From assembly GCF_004010195.1 (NCBI RefSeq), contig NC_057719.1, positions 67,793,873 through 67,857,872 on the forward strand: a stretch of DNA of 64,000 nt. Direction: 5' to 3'. Both the position numbers and the translations under genes were made by a program. The stretch's first letter is position 1, and each line of letters begins with the position of its first letter. The notes below the pieces were generated by a model. That model was not told where the DNA came from and did no database searches. It saw only the letters and a program-made list of their open reading frames with translations. Origin of the DNA: Chiloscyllium plagiosum. Lineage: Eukaryota. Positions 39,301-51,364 of this stretch are shown one piece after another.

Positions 39301-42300
39301 GCCAGACTGGGTAAGGATGGCAGATTTCCTTCCTGTAAGGACTTTAAATGAACCAGATAGTTTGTTTTCACAACAAAAAGTACGCAGGGCTGTAGGCAAA
39401 CTATGGCACTAGTTTTTTATTCCGTATTTATTTGACAAATTGATATTAAATTCCACAGTTGTTGTGTTGGGATTTGAACATATGCCTCTAAATCATTAGT
39501 CCAGGCCTCAGGATTATTAATTCAATAATGTAACCATTCTGTTACTGTACCTTTTATACACACATTAGCTCCTCACTATAGTGCTCTCTGTCACAACTTC
39601 TAGCATTAAAAAAAAGATTTGTGCCCCATCTCCTCTTTTAGAGGAACCACACACAAAGGTAATAATTTTTGCAAGCCTTGCAAAATCTTGGGCGTGTTTC
39701 TGGCACAGAATTGTTTACTTCCTAGTAATTACTACAGGCAATTTTTTCCTGTTTTAAAGTGTTTTGTTGCATGAGTTTCATGATGCCCAGTTTGCCACGG
39801 TTCGAAGCAATTTTTCTCAGACAATTTTCTGCTCTTTACTCATTAATTATGTAATTGGGCTCTTTGGTGCTTTCTTGGGAAACAGCAGGAAGAGCTCACC
39901 ACTGACGGGGTCTTCTGATGTTCACACCACTGCAGCCATATTTAAAATCAAGCTGCACAGCACTTCAGGAACTGACTTTTACACTGTAGTACTGCACCAT
40001 TATCCCCAAGGACATGATCCAGAAAGGCACACTAGCTCATCGCTTTGTGGACCAGGACCCACAGGTTAGAATGCTGAAGAAAATGGCTGTTCCTTTCCTA
40101 CAGACAACCAAAGGAGGCCACATCACCAGACACAGGCAGGCTGGACCCAGGCAACAGCCCAAGTCAGTGTTGTGTAAAGGGTTAAATGGAATGCATAACA
40201 GGATATGAGTAAAGTCAATGATCTTCCAAGCTCTGCAAGGGTAAGTGTCAACATTTTCCCTCTGCTACCTCACACTCACTGAATTATTTCATGTTTAAGA
40301 AGGAAGTCACAAAACATTTTATTGACATTGAGACTCTGATTTTTGTCAATCTCGCCATTAATTTCCCAGCTTTCTCATCATTACCCATACCTTACTGAGG
40401 AGGTGAAAATTTCAGCCTTCCTTTTAAAAATATTTCCATTGTGAAACACTGAAATTTTTACAGCATGTGGTAATATATTAACATTTAGAGATATTATTTA
40501 AAAACAAATAAAATGTGCATTGATTTATTTTGTGAATCATCTGCATTTTGTGAATCAACGGTCATCCTATGGTCTGTGCTGCTGAGTCTCACACCACTTT
40601 ATTTATTTATGCACAAAGTATTTGGGCAAGTACTTTTCACAAGTGTTTCTGTATCTGTTTACAGAGGCAAGATTAAAATAATAAACTGAACTGCAGATAA
40701 ATATGTGACTTTCATTTTCCAGCATTTCAAAGTAACTTGCTAAGGATGCCTGGAAATACACAAACACTGCATGCTGGCACAGTGTTGTTGAAATGTTAAT
40801 GTTTGGAGCAATGTGATCACACAACATGAAATAGGAAATATCCTATTGGGCGGTATCAAAGCTTAACCAGGAGACATAAACAATGGTATGGAACAAATGA
40901 ATTCCAAATTAGTATCCAGCTGTACGAACTAAACTCTGGTGTTTTCAAACACTTAAATGAACCTACCTGCACATTTCATGCTATTGTTATCTCTGCAACA
41001 ATAAAAGACCTAATGAAAATCTGAGAGAGAGCCAGTCTACTGGTCAGATTCCTCTCCCCACATGTTCCACAGAGTATAAACCTATTGACCAAAGTTCTTT
41101 TGCCAAATGTATCACATTCCACAACACATCTGTAAATCAGTCCTGAAGAAAAATCACTGGACCCTAAATGTTAACTCTGCTTTCTCTCTACTGCCAGTCC
41201 TGCAGAGTTCCTCCAGAAATGTCTGTTTTCATCTCAGATTTCCAGCATCTACAGTTCTGTGGTTTTTTTTGAGAACTGCAAATATCTTTGATAAATGAAT
41301 GCTGGAGACCTATGATCACGTAACCTACACTGCTTCCCACATGCTGGCCATGGCAACAGAACACAAAGCCCCCATCTTACTTACAAAGTAGGATGTAAAG
41401 CTAATTTTCAATGTGAGTGTTCAGAATTAGAATTAGCTTTATCATCACGTTTACTCAAGTACAGGAGTATAATGAAAAGTTTACAGTGGTACCTCACATG
41501 GCACCATCTTAGATACAAAGGACCTAGGTACAAATCTTAGATACAAAATAGAGAGATAAAGAAAAATTGTTACAGTTATTCATAGCATAAGTTAGAAACA
41601 AAAGAAATAAAGTTACATAAATGAAAATAAAATGCATAGCCAAATTCTCAGTGCAAAGCTGTATTATTTGGTTTGAGACTGAGAGACACAAACCACAGGA
41701 TGATTGGATAATTTGCAAAATGCAACTAATAGAAACTTTATGAACTAAACTCTGGTTTCACTAAATATTTAAATATTACCTTGTCCTGTCAAAACATTTC
41801 AAAGCACTTCACAACAAAATACTTCAGAAATGTAATAATTGCTATGTGCAAATGTGTGACAGCATTCTGAGTCAGAAACACCCTGAAAGTAAGGAATTAG
41901 TCACATTCTTGTGGTATTAATTGGGAATGAAATTTTGGCCGGACATTGGTAGAACTCTCTACTCTTCTTTAAAAGAGTCACAAGATGTACTATATCTACA
42001 AGAGCCATCAGAACAAGCAGATACTCATCTACAAAGGATTGAAAACTTAAGGGTTTATTTAACAGACAGCAACATTTCTGATTTATCTTTGATAAATTAA
42101 ATATCCATCTACTGTAATCTTTGCTAACATAATGCCTCACTTGATAACAGCCAAATTAAACACAACTAACAAGAGTAGATTATCACTTAACCCAATGATT
42201 AACAATGTAACCCAAGTGGTTCCAGACCAATGTCTATTGAACAAACAAGGAAACTCCACTGGGAACCTGTTGAATGAGAAAACTATGCTAACGAGTGATC

Positions 42301-43797
42301 TGATCTCACAACTGTTAAGTGCTAAAGTCAGAATGGATCTTGAAGGTCACAAGTTAAATATTTTGAATATTCAACTGATCCCCGAGGGATTTTATATTTC
42401 TTTAATCATACTTCTGAAGCTTTCTTTGAATTTGTTTCAGGTATTTATTGGCACAGTTGGTAGAATTATAGGCAATGAGTTTCAAAGCTGTAAAAGAAGT
42501 CAGGGATGTTTTCAGAAATTCAATCAGTTGGGTCACTGTTTCAGGATGTAAATGACAGAAATAAACTAATATTAACAGCAAGGGACCAAGGAGAAACATA
42601 TATAAAGGAGCAGCACTGACAGAGGAACTTGAACCATGTGAAACCTGAACTCGGATTGACAATTCACAAATAACTTTGGTGAATGGCTACTGGAAGTGTA
42701 ATCCCACCAGAGTTTCACTCCATGGATGATTTTGAATCAGAGTTGATCTGTTTCTACATAGAACAAAATGAAGTGTGGCATTACAGAAAAAGACAAGCCC
42801 TGAGTGCAATGAAGTCTGAGTGTGAACTTGATGCAGGTGAGAATTTGGTGCGGGATGGACACAAGGGATGGTGAGGAGCTGCTTTTTTTTGTACGTTTAC
42901 ATATTTAGCCTCCAGAAATCAGTAAGTGCACAATAGGTGATTGTTTGGTGAGTTTTATTTTATCTCTCTGAACCCAGACAGTAGTTTAAACACGTCCTGG
43001 ATAAGTACTGCATTTAACATCTCGCTCAATTTGTTAAATTATTGGTTTACTACAGATATTTGAGTGATATTTTGAAACTTGAACCAAAACTAGTTCAATT
43101 GAGCACAATAAAGATGCCAGTAATGCGGTGCATGGCAGCTGAAACATGTGGGAGCCAGTAGATATCTATCTCACGACTTCAAGCTTGATGCTTACTGATC
43201 CATGAAATTTTACGCTTGATGGCTATTGGATACGACTAAAGATAGAGCTTTAAGTGTCGATGCCATATCTTTGTCTATGTATGTACTGTACTGATGTCCC
43301 TCAGATAAGAGACATCATGGCTGAAGATGATGTCTCAACTATGATTGACCATTGCAAATAACCATAACTCCTGCTCCAGTATCCATTTATATGCTCAATG
43401 TCCATTGACTAACGTTTCTGCAATCCAATAACTTCCACTTGAATCTTGGTCAGGAGAAGCTTTTCTGTATTATTAACATTGTTAATTCCTTGGATTTTTT
43501 TTAACCTTTGTAAGGTATCCTTTTGTTTCTGAAATATAAGCTTCTTGCTGAAACACGATAGTTTAAAATGACTTATCTTTTTACAAATATGGCACTCTGC
43601 AGTTCTGGCAGAACAATCGTCATGCCAATGCTATCTTTAACCACCACACCAAAAACACTGAGTTATGGCACTTCCTCTGTTTCTGTGCAGTCACACTTTT
43701 ACTCCAGACCCCAATACAGAGTCAATAATTTTTTTCTCAGTAAGTTTCTCTGTCACCTCAAGTTACTGCCCAGTTCTATTTTCCAACCTGCACTTAC

Positions 43798-43841
43798 CTG
43801 ATCAATTGAATAGCTTTCAACAATGTCAAATTATCCCTTGA
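43798..43841 (-). CDS. Unidentified gene exon: SRDNLTLLKAIQLI
   Basis: ggattctttgtag|TCA ... CAG|gtaagt (consensus donor). 44 nt, single open frame, phase 0->2. Confidence 0.55.
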
Positions 43842-44331
43842 CTACAAAGAATCCAACAACATGATGGTTTGGTCGTGTTAATTCATTCTTTAAATTTGCA
43901 AGTTGGCAATTTCCATCAGCCAGTATAAATCATTAACAAACAAATCAATGCATTTTTTCTAGTCACTGAGTAAACTTAGTAAATTTGTCCACTCAACAAG
44001 GGTGATTTTTCAAAGAATGAAGTAAGCATCAAATGATTTTGTTACTTCATCAAATAAAGTTGTTTCCTTGTCTTAGTAGGATATCACTTGCACCATCCTT
44101 TGCTTGCAAGATCTGCTCCTTGCTGAGCTTTGTAGCCAATCCTGTTAGACTGTGGTCCCTTGTGAACCTCCAGTTCCAGCTAACCCCTGGCCTGGGCCTG
44201 CAACATGCTCAAAGCACTTTGGTAATGGCACTAACTCCTCCATTCCTTAAACATTTTTGTTGCAGCTCTCCACATGCCGTTTGATCGCAAGCTGCTCTTC
44301 TTTACTACTGCTATCATATACTATGGTTGTG

Positions 44332-44423
44332 GCTGAAAATGTGTTGCTGGAAAAGCGTAGCAGGTCAGGCAGCATCCAAGGAGCAGGAGTGTCGACATTT
44401 CGGGCATGAGCCCTTCTTCAGGA
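44332..44423 (-). mobile_element. 92-bp PLE-terminus insertion carrying a hammerhead motif
   Basis: Exact 14-bp TSD atactatggttgtg (44318-44331 and 44424-44437). Minus strand reads ctgaaga-a-gggc-tcat-gccc-gaaatgtc. Confidence 0.85.
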
Positions 44424-44992
44424 ATACTATGGTTGTGTCAAGGAGAGAGGTTGGAAGTAAATGGTAGGAAACTCAGGTGTTGAAATTGTCCAATATGTCT
44501 GAGGTTCTTGAAACTTGTGCAGAGAAGAGCAAGGACTACAGGGAAAGTGGACAATCTGGCCATGGCACCATAATGGAAGAGCCATTCAAGAGGCAGGGGT
44601 ACAAAAGAATAGCATTGAGTTAGGATTCAGTAAGTTTAGAGGGAGAGATCCTATTCTCTGCAGCCAAGAACAATTTGCAAATTCAATCCTGGCTGCCCAG
44701 TGCCAGGATTAAGGACATCTCCTCATGCTGGAAAGGAACTTAGAAGTGAAAGAGAATGATCCAATTGTTATGGTCCGTATGAGCAGTAATCATATTAGTG
44801 GGACTAAAAAAAGATGTTCTACTGAGAGATATCTGTAGTTAGGGACATAAAGGTTATTAACTCTGTTGGTACAGCCTTTACCTAAACTATCATCGTTTGG
44901 AGCCATAAAAACAGCAACAGAATGAAACTGCTGGTGGGAGCGTTTTATAAACCTCCGGTAGTCACCACACTGCAGAATGTGAATACTAAAGG

Positions 44993-45891
44993 TCCTCCAA
45001 GGCGGACTTCAGGAGAGGCAACAATGAAAAGTGGCTGAGCAGAGGCTGATAGCCAAGGTCGGTACCCATGGGGATGGCCTCAATCAGAACCTTGGGTTCA
45101 TGTCACACTACAGGTGACCCCACTGCACTATACACAGACACACATACGCAGACACACAGACCGACACACACACATTCCTACATTCCTACAGACACACACA
45201 ATCATGCAGACCCTCTATCATAAGCTCACACATACACGCCCAAACTCGCACACGGACACTCTCACAGACTTATACCCCTTTCCAATCATACTCACGCACA
45301 TACACACTCTCTCACAGACACCCATAACCCCCACCACAACCCCCATCCCCATCCCCTCCACCACATACACACATGCACACATACACATAAAAGTTCGTGG
45401 GGTGAATCCGTACTTGCAGAATTACATTTTACTTTGCTCAAAAACTGCATGAATCCATGTAAGATTCTGTAAATCCATTTTTTGATTAGAATCAGTCTGT
45501 CCATTGTGGCACAGACAGTCTCACACAAGGAAGTTCCCACCTTCGATACATTATCTGGGCCAACATGACACCAATTGTTGAAGTTCTCTTGAGAATGTCA
45601 CTTTCAGAAAAGTTTTGCGATTTACAAAAGAATTGAAACCAACATGGTCATTCTAAAAGATGAGAGACTTAACAAACAGTTCAGGTCTTTTTCGATATGT
45701 AATTTCAGTTACATCACACTATAAACTTTTGCTATAAGTTCTGTGTCTTAAAATCTTATACTCCACAACCACCTGATGAAAGAGCCACGTTCTGAAAGCT
45801 AGTGCTTCCAATTAAACCTGTTGGACTATAACCTGGTGTTGTGTGATTTTTAACTTTGTACACCCCAGTCCAACAACGGCATCTCCAAATT
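44993..45891 (+). mobile_element. 5'-truncated Penelope-like element
   Basis: Starts with a GIY-YIG C-terminal relic (LQGGLQERQQ*KVAEQRLIAKVGTHGDGLNQNLGFMSHYR*), then a CA-rich 3' region. 11-bp TSD aatactaaagg at 44982-44992 and 45892-45902. Confidence 0.85.
45770..45804 (+). ncRNA. Minimal type I hammerhead ribozyme motif
   Basis: cac-CTGATGA-a-agagc-cac-gttct-GAAA-gct-a-gtg: intact core, stem II, palindromic AGCT in place of stem III, stem I cac/gtg. Confidence 0.7.
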
Positions 45892-46531
45892 AATACTAAA
45901 GGAAGGAGCCTTAGTGGGTTGAGGCTGGGAAATTAATAACAGAAAACCAAGAAATGTCAGGCATTTTGAAGACGTGATTTATATTTGTCTTCACAGTAAA
46001 ATACACTAAAATACACAGAAACCAGTCCAAGTTTACTAGTAAATCAACAGTACCAGTAAAGGTAGAAAGGAAATAAGAATGATCACAATCGCTAAAGAAA
46101 GATCACTTGGAAAATTAATGGAACTAATAGCTGATACATTCCCTGGATTTAATGGCTTGCATCCTAGGCTTTTACAGGAAGTGGCTACAGAACAGCAAAT
46201 ACATTGGTTGTAATGATCCAAAATTCCCTGAATTCCAGCAAGTTAGAAACCTGCAAATATAACGTCACTATTTAAAAATGGAAGCAGACAGCAAGCAGGC
46301 AACTACAGGCCAATTAGGCTAAAGTCCATAATTAGAAAAGAAAACCAAATACAATCAGGCAGAACCAAGACAGTTTTGAGAAAGAGAAATGGTATTCAGC
46401 AAATTTATCGGATTCTTTGCAGATGTAACAAGCAAACTGGAAAAAGGAGAACCTGGAAATGTAGTGTGCGGAACAAGCTCGATTATCCAAATGAGACGGG
46501 CAGGGAGTACTTTGTTCAGATAACTGATTAC

Positions 46532-47237
46532 GGTTCCCAAGGCAGCAGCAACAGCAGGAACAGGGACCCCATGGCGGTGGCAATAGCAGGAACAGGGTCC
46601 CCATGGCGGTGGCAATAGTAGGAACAGGGTCACCATGACGGCAGCAACACCGGGAACAGGGTTCCATGGCAGCAGCAATAGCAGGAACAGGGTTCCCATG
46701 GCAGCAGCAACAGCAGGAACAGGGTTCCCATGGCAGCAGCAATAACAGGAACAGGGTTCCCATGACAGCAGCAACAGCAGGAACAGGGTTCCCATGGCGG
46801 AAGCAACAGCAGGAATAGGGTTCCCATGACGGAAGCAACAGCAGGAACAGGGTTCCCATGGCAGCAACAACAGCAGGAACAGGGTTCCATGGCAGCAGCA
46901 ATAGCAGGAGAAAGTGAGGATTGCAGATGCTGGAGATCAGAGCTGAAAATGTGTTACTGGAAAAGCGCAGCAGGTCAGGCTGCATCCAAGGAACAGGAGG
47001 ATTGACGTTTCGGGCATAAGCCCTTCTTCAGGACGGGCTTATGCCCGAAACGTCGATTCTCCTGTTCCTTGGATGCTGTCTGACCTGCTGCGCTTTTCCA
47101 GCAACACATTTTTAGCAGCAATAGCAGGAACAGGGTCCCCATGGCGGCAGCAACAGCAGGAACAGGGTCCCGTGACATTGGCAATAGCGGGAACAGAGTT
47201 CCGATGTGGCGCAAAAGCAGGAACAGTTTTCCTGTGG
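46532..47237. repeat. 32-bp minisatellite (ggcagcagcaacagcaggaacagggttcccat)n, about 12 + 4 copies
   Basis: Tandem units read directly, interrupted at 46908-47113. Confidence 0.95.
46908..47113. mobile_element. Fold-back PLE-terminus insertion with hammerhead motif
   Basis: About 78-bp inverted arms around loop ttcttcaggac. Flanking duplication agcagcaatagcag (46894-46907 and 47114-47127). Minus-strand ctgaaga-a-gggc-ttat-gccc-gaaacgtc at 47004-47031. Confidence 0.85.
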
Positions 47238-47472
47238 TGACCCTGTTACTGCTCATACCACCAGCCCATACTGCCTGCTCTCGCTGTGGTTTTATTTAAA
47301 TTTAATAAAACATTTACAGGACCTTGGGATCTTGTTCAGATAATCCGAAATTTAGATAATTGATGTTCAGATAACTGAAGTTGTTCTGTATTTAGATTCA
47401 AAGTTTGTGAGAAGATTTGTAGCTCGGCTGCTCGTTGTTGTGGTTCTGTTCGCCGAGCTGGGAATTTGTGTT

Positions 47473-47512
47473 GCAGACGTTTCGTCCCCTGTCTAGGTGA
47501 CATCCTCAGTGC
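47473..47512 (-). ncRNA. Minimal hammerhead ribozyme motif
   Basis: gca-CTGAGGA-t-gtcacct-agac-aggggac-GAAA-cgtc-tgc. Confidence 0.7.
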
Positions 47513-47915
47513 CTAGGAGCCTCCTGTGAAGTGCTTCTGTGATCTTTCCTCCGGCATTTATAGTGATTTGTATCTGCCGCTTCCGGTTGTCAGTTCCAGC
47601 TGTCCGCTGCAGTGGTCAGTATATTGGGTCCAGGTCGATGTGCTTATTGATTGAATCTGTGGATGAGTGCCATGCCTCTAGGAATTCCTTGAATCTGTGG
47701 ATGAGTGCCATGCCTCTAGGAAGTCCTGAGGATGAGTGCCATGCCTCTAGAGGCATGGCACTCATCCACAGATTCAATCAATAAGCACATCAACCTGGAC
47801 CCAATATACCGACCACCGCAGTGGACAGCTGGAACTGACAACCAGAAGCGGCAGATTCAAACCACTACAAATGCCGGAGGAAAGATCACAGAAGCGCTTC
47901 ACAGGAGGCTCCCAA

Positions 47916-47955
47916 GCACTGAGGATGTCACCTAGACAAGGGATGAAACGTCTGC
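47916..47955 (+). ncRNA. Minimal hammerhead ribozyme motif
   Basis: gca-CTGAGGA-t-gtcacctagacaagggat-GAAA-cgtc-tgc; stem II slightly decayed. Confidence 0.6.
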
Positions 47956-48893
47956 AACACAAATTCCCTGTATTTAGATTTACAGAAGGCTTTCAACAAT
48001 GTGCTACATAAAAGGTTGCTCCACAAAACAAGAGCTCATGATGTTGAGGATACTGTATTTGCATGGACTAAAGATTGCTTAACTAACAGTTAGCAGAGAA
48101 TCAGATGAAATGGGTCATGTTCAAGTTGATAAACAGTAACTACAGAGTGCCACAAGGATTAGTGCTAGACCCTCAACTACTTACAATTGATATTAATGAT
48201 GGGTGAAATATTGTAGCCAAGTCTGCTGATTCAAAGATAGCTCGAAAAGGAAGTAAATGGAGAATGCAAAATATCTGCTAAGGGATATAGACATGTTAAG
48301 TGAGTCGGCAAGAAAATGGAATACAATGTGGGAAAGTGTGAGGTTGCCCATTCAGATGAATAAAAAGAATGAGATTATTTAAATGAAGGGAAACTGTAGA
48401 TTCCAAAATAATAGGAAAGTTTGAAAGAACATTGAATATCTGATCATAAGCATATGTTAATTGATTATTGGGTGAGGCCAAATATTTTCCCCAGTGAACA
48501 CAGAGGTCTGTCTTCTCTGCCCATTGTAAGATTGTCATGTTTTTTTCTTTTTGCTTTTTCCTTTTTTTCTTACCCATGTTGTATGTGTGCAGGTGAAGAT
48601 TGTCATTCATTCCTCCCTCTAACTTTAAATTTCACTTAGAGTTTTTTTTTTAACCTCAGTATCAGAATTAAACCTGGAACCCCCTTCCCTGCAGACGTTC
48701 AAGAAGGCATCTCATCAGGATCTCCTCAAACTCTTGAGAGCCTGAGGTTGGGTGTGAATGCACATTCAAATACACTTTGCAGCTAGATGGATCAGTTGCA
48801 AATGAGGCAGGACATCAGTGGAGATCCACAACATCGGATCATTGCCAAAAACATTTACAACAGGGACAAAGGAAGTTCTAAACAGCAGCGTAC

Positions 48894-48943
48894 TTGTGGT
48901 GTGGGCAATTGTATAATCCCGACTCTCAGATTAATCTTTCGGG
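48894..48943 (-). CDS. Unidentified gene candidate exon: (S)RKINLRVGIIQLPTPQ
   Basis: 50 nt, phase 1->0, bridges exons 54758-54825 and 43798-43841 exactly. Splice sites are weak (aagtgtag|, |gtacgc). Confidence 0.35.
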
Positions 48944-51364
48944 CTACACTTAATTCCATGATTTATTTTCTAGTGACTGCTAATCTTGCCCTTCTGAAAA
49001 TGATGATGAAGACCAGGCACAAGGAAAATACCTTTGAACACATTGTTACTTAAAAGATTGAACTGACTACTTCTGACAGCCAGACATCATATTGTTTTTC
49101 TTTAGTGTTTTTTCATTGATTCATTTTTGAATGATGGATAACCATTTGTTGGATCTTGTTTGCAGGATTGTTTCTGACAAAAGGTAGAACCTGACAGTTC
49201 TCTTCCTTTTTAGGGCAGAGAAAGAGTGAAAGATATAGAATGAATAGAGGAATGTGGGACAGATTGTAATGGGTATAATAATTAATACAAGAACCTTGCT
49301 TTGAGTGTTGTGCTGGAATCTTTAGCTGGTTCTTCAGGATGCCTGAACAAACAGAAGATAAATGAGCATTAAATGCAGCTGAAAAACACCAAGATGAGTT
49401 ATGCAGTTATGTGTATTGTTGAATAGGGTTGTGGTTAGAGTGTATACCGATGTGAGAGAAAAGAGATGGAAAAACTATTATATTACATGATAAACTCAGG
49501 TTTCATAATATAATGTTCTCTCCAGTTCAGGATTTTAGAGTTGGATAAAAATATTCAAAAGATCAAGAGAGGGTGCCCATTATGTGCTGGCTCATCCTGC
49601 AGTCTGAGGAAGAAATGTTCAGAGACACAATTCAGTGACATGTACATACCCTATCCTTACTCCAGAGTGTGGATTATTGGACATGAGCCCTGCAGCTAGG
49701 TTTTCATTCAAGCTGGTGTTGTGAACTCACTTTTAAAAGTGCTAATAATGTTACTTTGGCTCAATTCTAGCATACTCAGATCAGACGTTGTGGGACACAC
49801 CCCATAATGTACACTGACACTTTAGTGCATCATTTTCAAATATGTTAACTTTTGAATACAAGGCACTGGATTGAGGCCCTGTCAGATGGACATAAATGAT
49901 TCCAAGGTACTAGTCAAAAAGAACAGGTGAATTTTCTCTGTGTCCTGGTTCATATTCCCCTTCAGCTAACAAATTATGATAAGACCATTTATTCATTTTC
50001 TGTTGGAAATGACTTAGTCCTGTTCAGAAGGCATAAAGCATTTTGATAAACAAAGGTTTGTTCAATCTGAACAAACTTGTGCAGGACAGGTGTGCACATG
50101 AAACTGAAAGAGCAATTAGCCTGCATTTTCAGTCCTCAGAAAAGTGATGGTAATCATCAATGGTGTTTAAAAAGCTGCCCGCAAGGACCTAGAGATCCTT
50201 ATAGTATAGATTTCAACTTTTCCAATGTTAAGTTGCATCTGGTGCCAAATCCAGGTGAAATTTCAGTTTCCAACAACAGTGATATCATCAAGCAGAGAAA
50301 GCAGTCAATCACAGTCCAGTACTCTCTCAGACAGCAAACCTGATGATTATAAGCACTATTATCTTTCATTTTCTAAAATCACTTTACAGAGGACGAATTG
50401 AAGATTGAGACAAACAAATAGAATTAAGATAGAAATAAGGTAAAACCTAAAATATTATAATAGAGAAATCTGACATCTGCATGAATACAATTAATTCTCT
50501 GGGGCCAGAGGGTTTATTCTGGAATAATTGTGAACGTAATTGAAAACCGAGTTAGTCTTCATAAAAAAACAAGGGGCAACTTTTTCTGAGGGGTTTTAAA
50601 GCAAGGCTAATAGTGAAATGGGCATGCTGTTGTCAGTTCAATGATTTTGAATTGATTACTGTTGATGTGGATTTTAATAGCATGGAGAACTGTGGAATCA
50701 CTGACAGCAACTTCTGAAATTGCAGGTTTAATTGCAAATTTTGTAAGTCAGCTCAAGGACCTCACCCTACTGCTGTCAGTACTTTACCAACAGCAAGGAG
50801 AGGCCAGCCACCTCTGGTTAGCCTGTCAGCTTAATGGAGCTCCACAGTCCTCACACATCCTCCCCACCCAATTGACGAAACAGTCAGAGGGAATCCTGCC
50901 CATAGTCCCAATCGTCATTTCAAGATAATTTAATGCTTGGAGCAGTGTTAATTGCTTTAATATGAGTCTTGGCCCCTATCTCAGGAGGAAATCTTGTCCT
51001 AAAGAGTTACCAACAAAATAGATGGCTGATAGTCTGTAGTCCCAACAGCAGCAGCCAGGAGTGCTGATTACAGCTGGGACTACAGGCAATTCCAATAAAC
51101 CAAGAAGATCAGTAAGTGTGCAACTGGGATCTCAGCGAGGGTGTGATATGTGTGGGGAGGTTGTATTGTGTAAGTGTCCGAGGGAAGCTTGCAGGCAGAA
51201 TGATTCTAAGGAGGTAGTGCCACTGATATAGATAGGAGAGCTGCAAACGTGGCCTTCTTCCTTCCCTGACACCAGCCAATTCATCTACAAAGGCTGCCAG
51301 GCTAACCATGTGGTGGCTCAGTGGTTAGCACTGCTGTCTTACAAAGACCTGAGTTTGATTCCAG

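Larger units (their letters stand above)
46469..47388. mobile_element. Tigger/pogo-type non-autonomous DNA transposon
   Basis: Imperfect TIRs: cggaacaagctcgattatccaa versus the reverse complement of the right end, cagaacaacttcagttatctgaa. Flanked by TG/TA (decayed TA TSD). Confidence 0.6.
47399..47967. mobile_element. Fold-back Penelope-like element
   Basis: Inverted arms of about 220 bp, turning at gcctctagaggc (47743-47754). Encodes LEAWHSSTDSINKHINLDPIYRP (GIY-YIG C-terminus). 13-bp TSD ctgtatttagatt at 47386-47398 and 47968-47980. Confidence 0.9.
46080..48400 (+). mobile_element. Old CR1 RT fragment split by nested insertions
   Basis: ANITSLFK...GNYRPI and FFADVTSKLEKGEP.NVV end at about 46468. 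The frame resumes at 47971 as YLDLQKAFNNVLHKRL. Confidence 0.75.

Noticed and set aside
5146..40992. Several other phase-compatible micro-exon candidates (e.g. near 40967, 35938, 32911, 32385, 23437, 12004, 5146)
   Set aside because: Short open GT-AG segments arise by chance. Several mutually exclusive choices fit, so none is reported without RNA data.
42132..42662. 139-aa plus-strand ORF and overlapping minus-strand ORF
   Set aside because: No recognisable domain and no consistent splice model. The minus frame has multiple stops; probably a decayed retroelement or chance.
46332..46985. 217-aa and 171-aa Cys/Leu/Pro-rich ORFs that look like metallothionein or keratin-associated proteins
   Set aside because: They are translations of the 32-bp minisatellite. 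The unit is not a multiple of 3 and cycles through all frames.
46532..47237. CRISPR-like array
   Set aside because: The units are contiguous with no unique spacers, there are no cas genes, and the context is eukaryotic.
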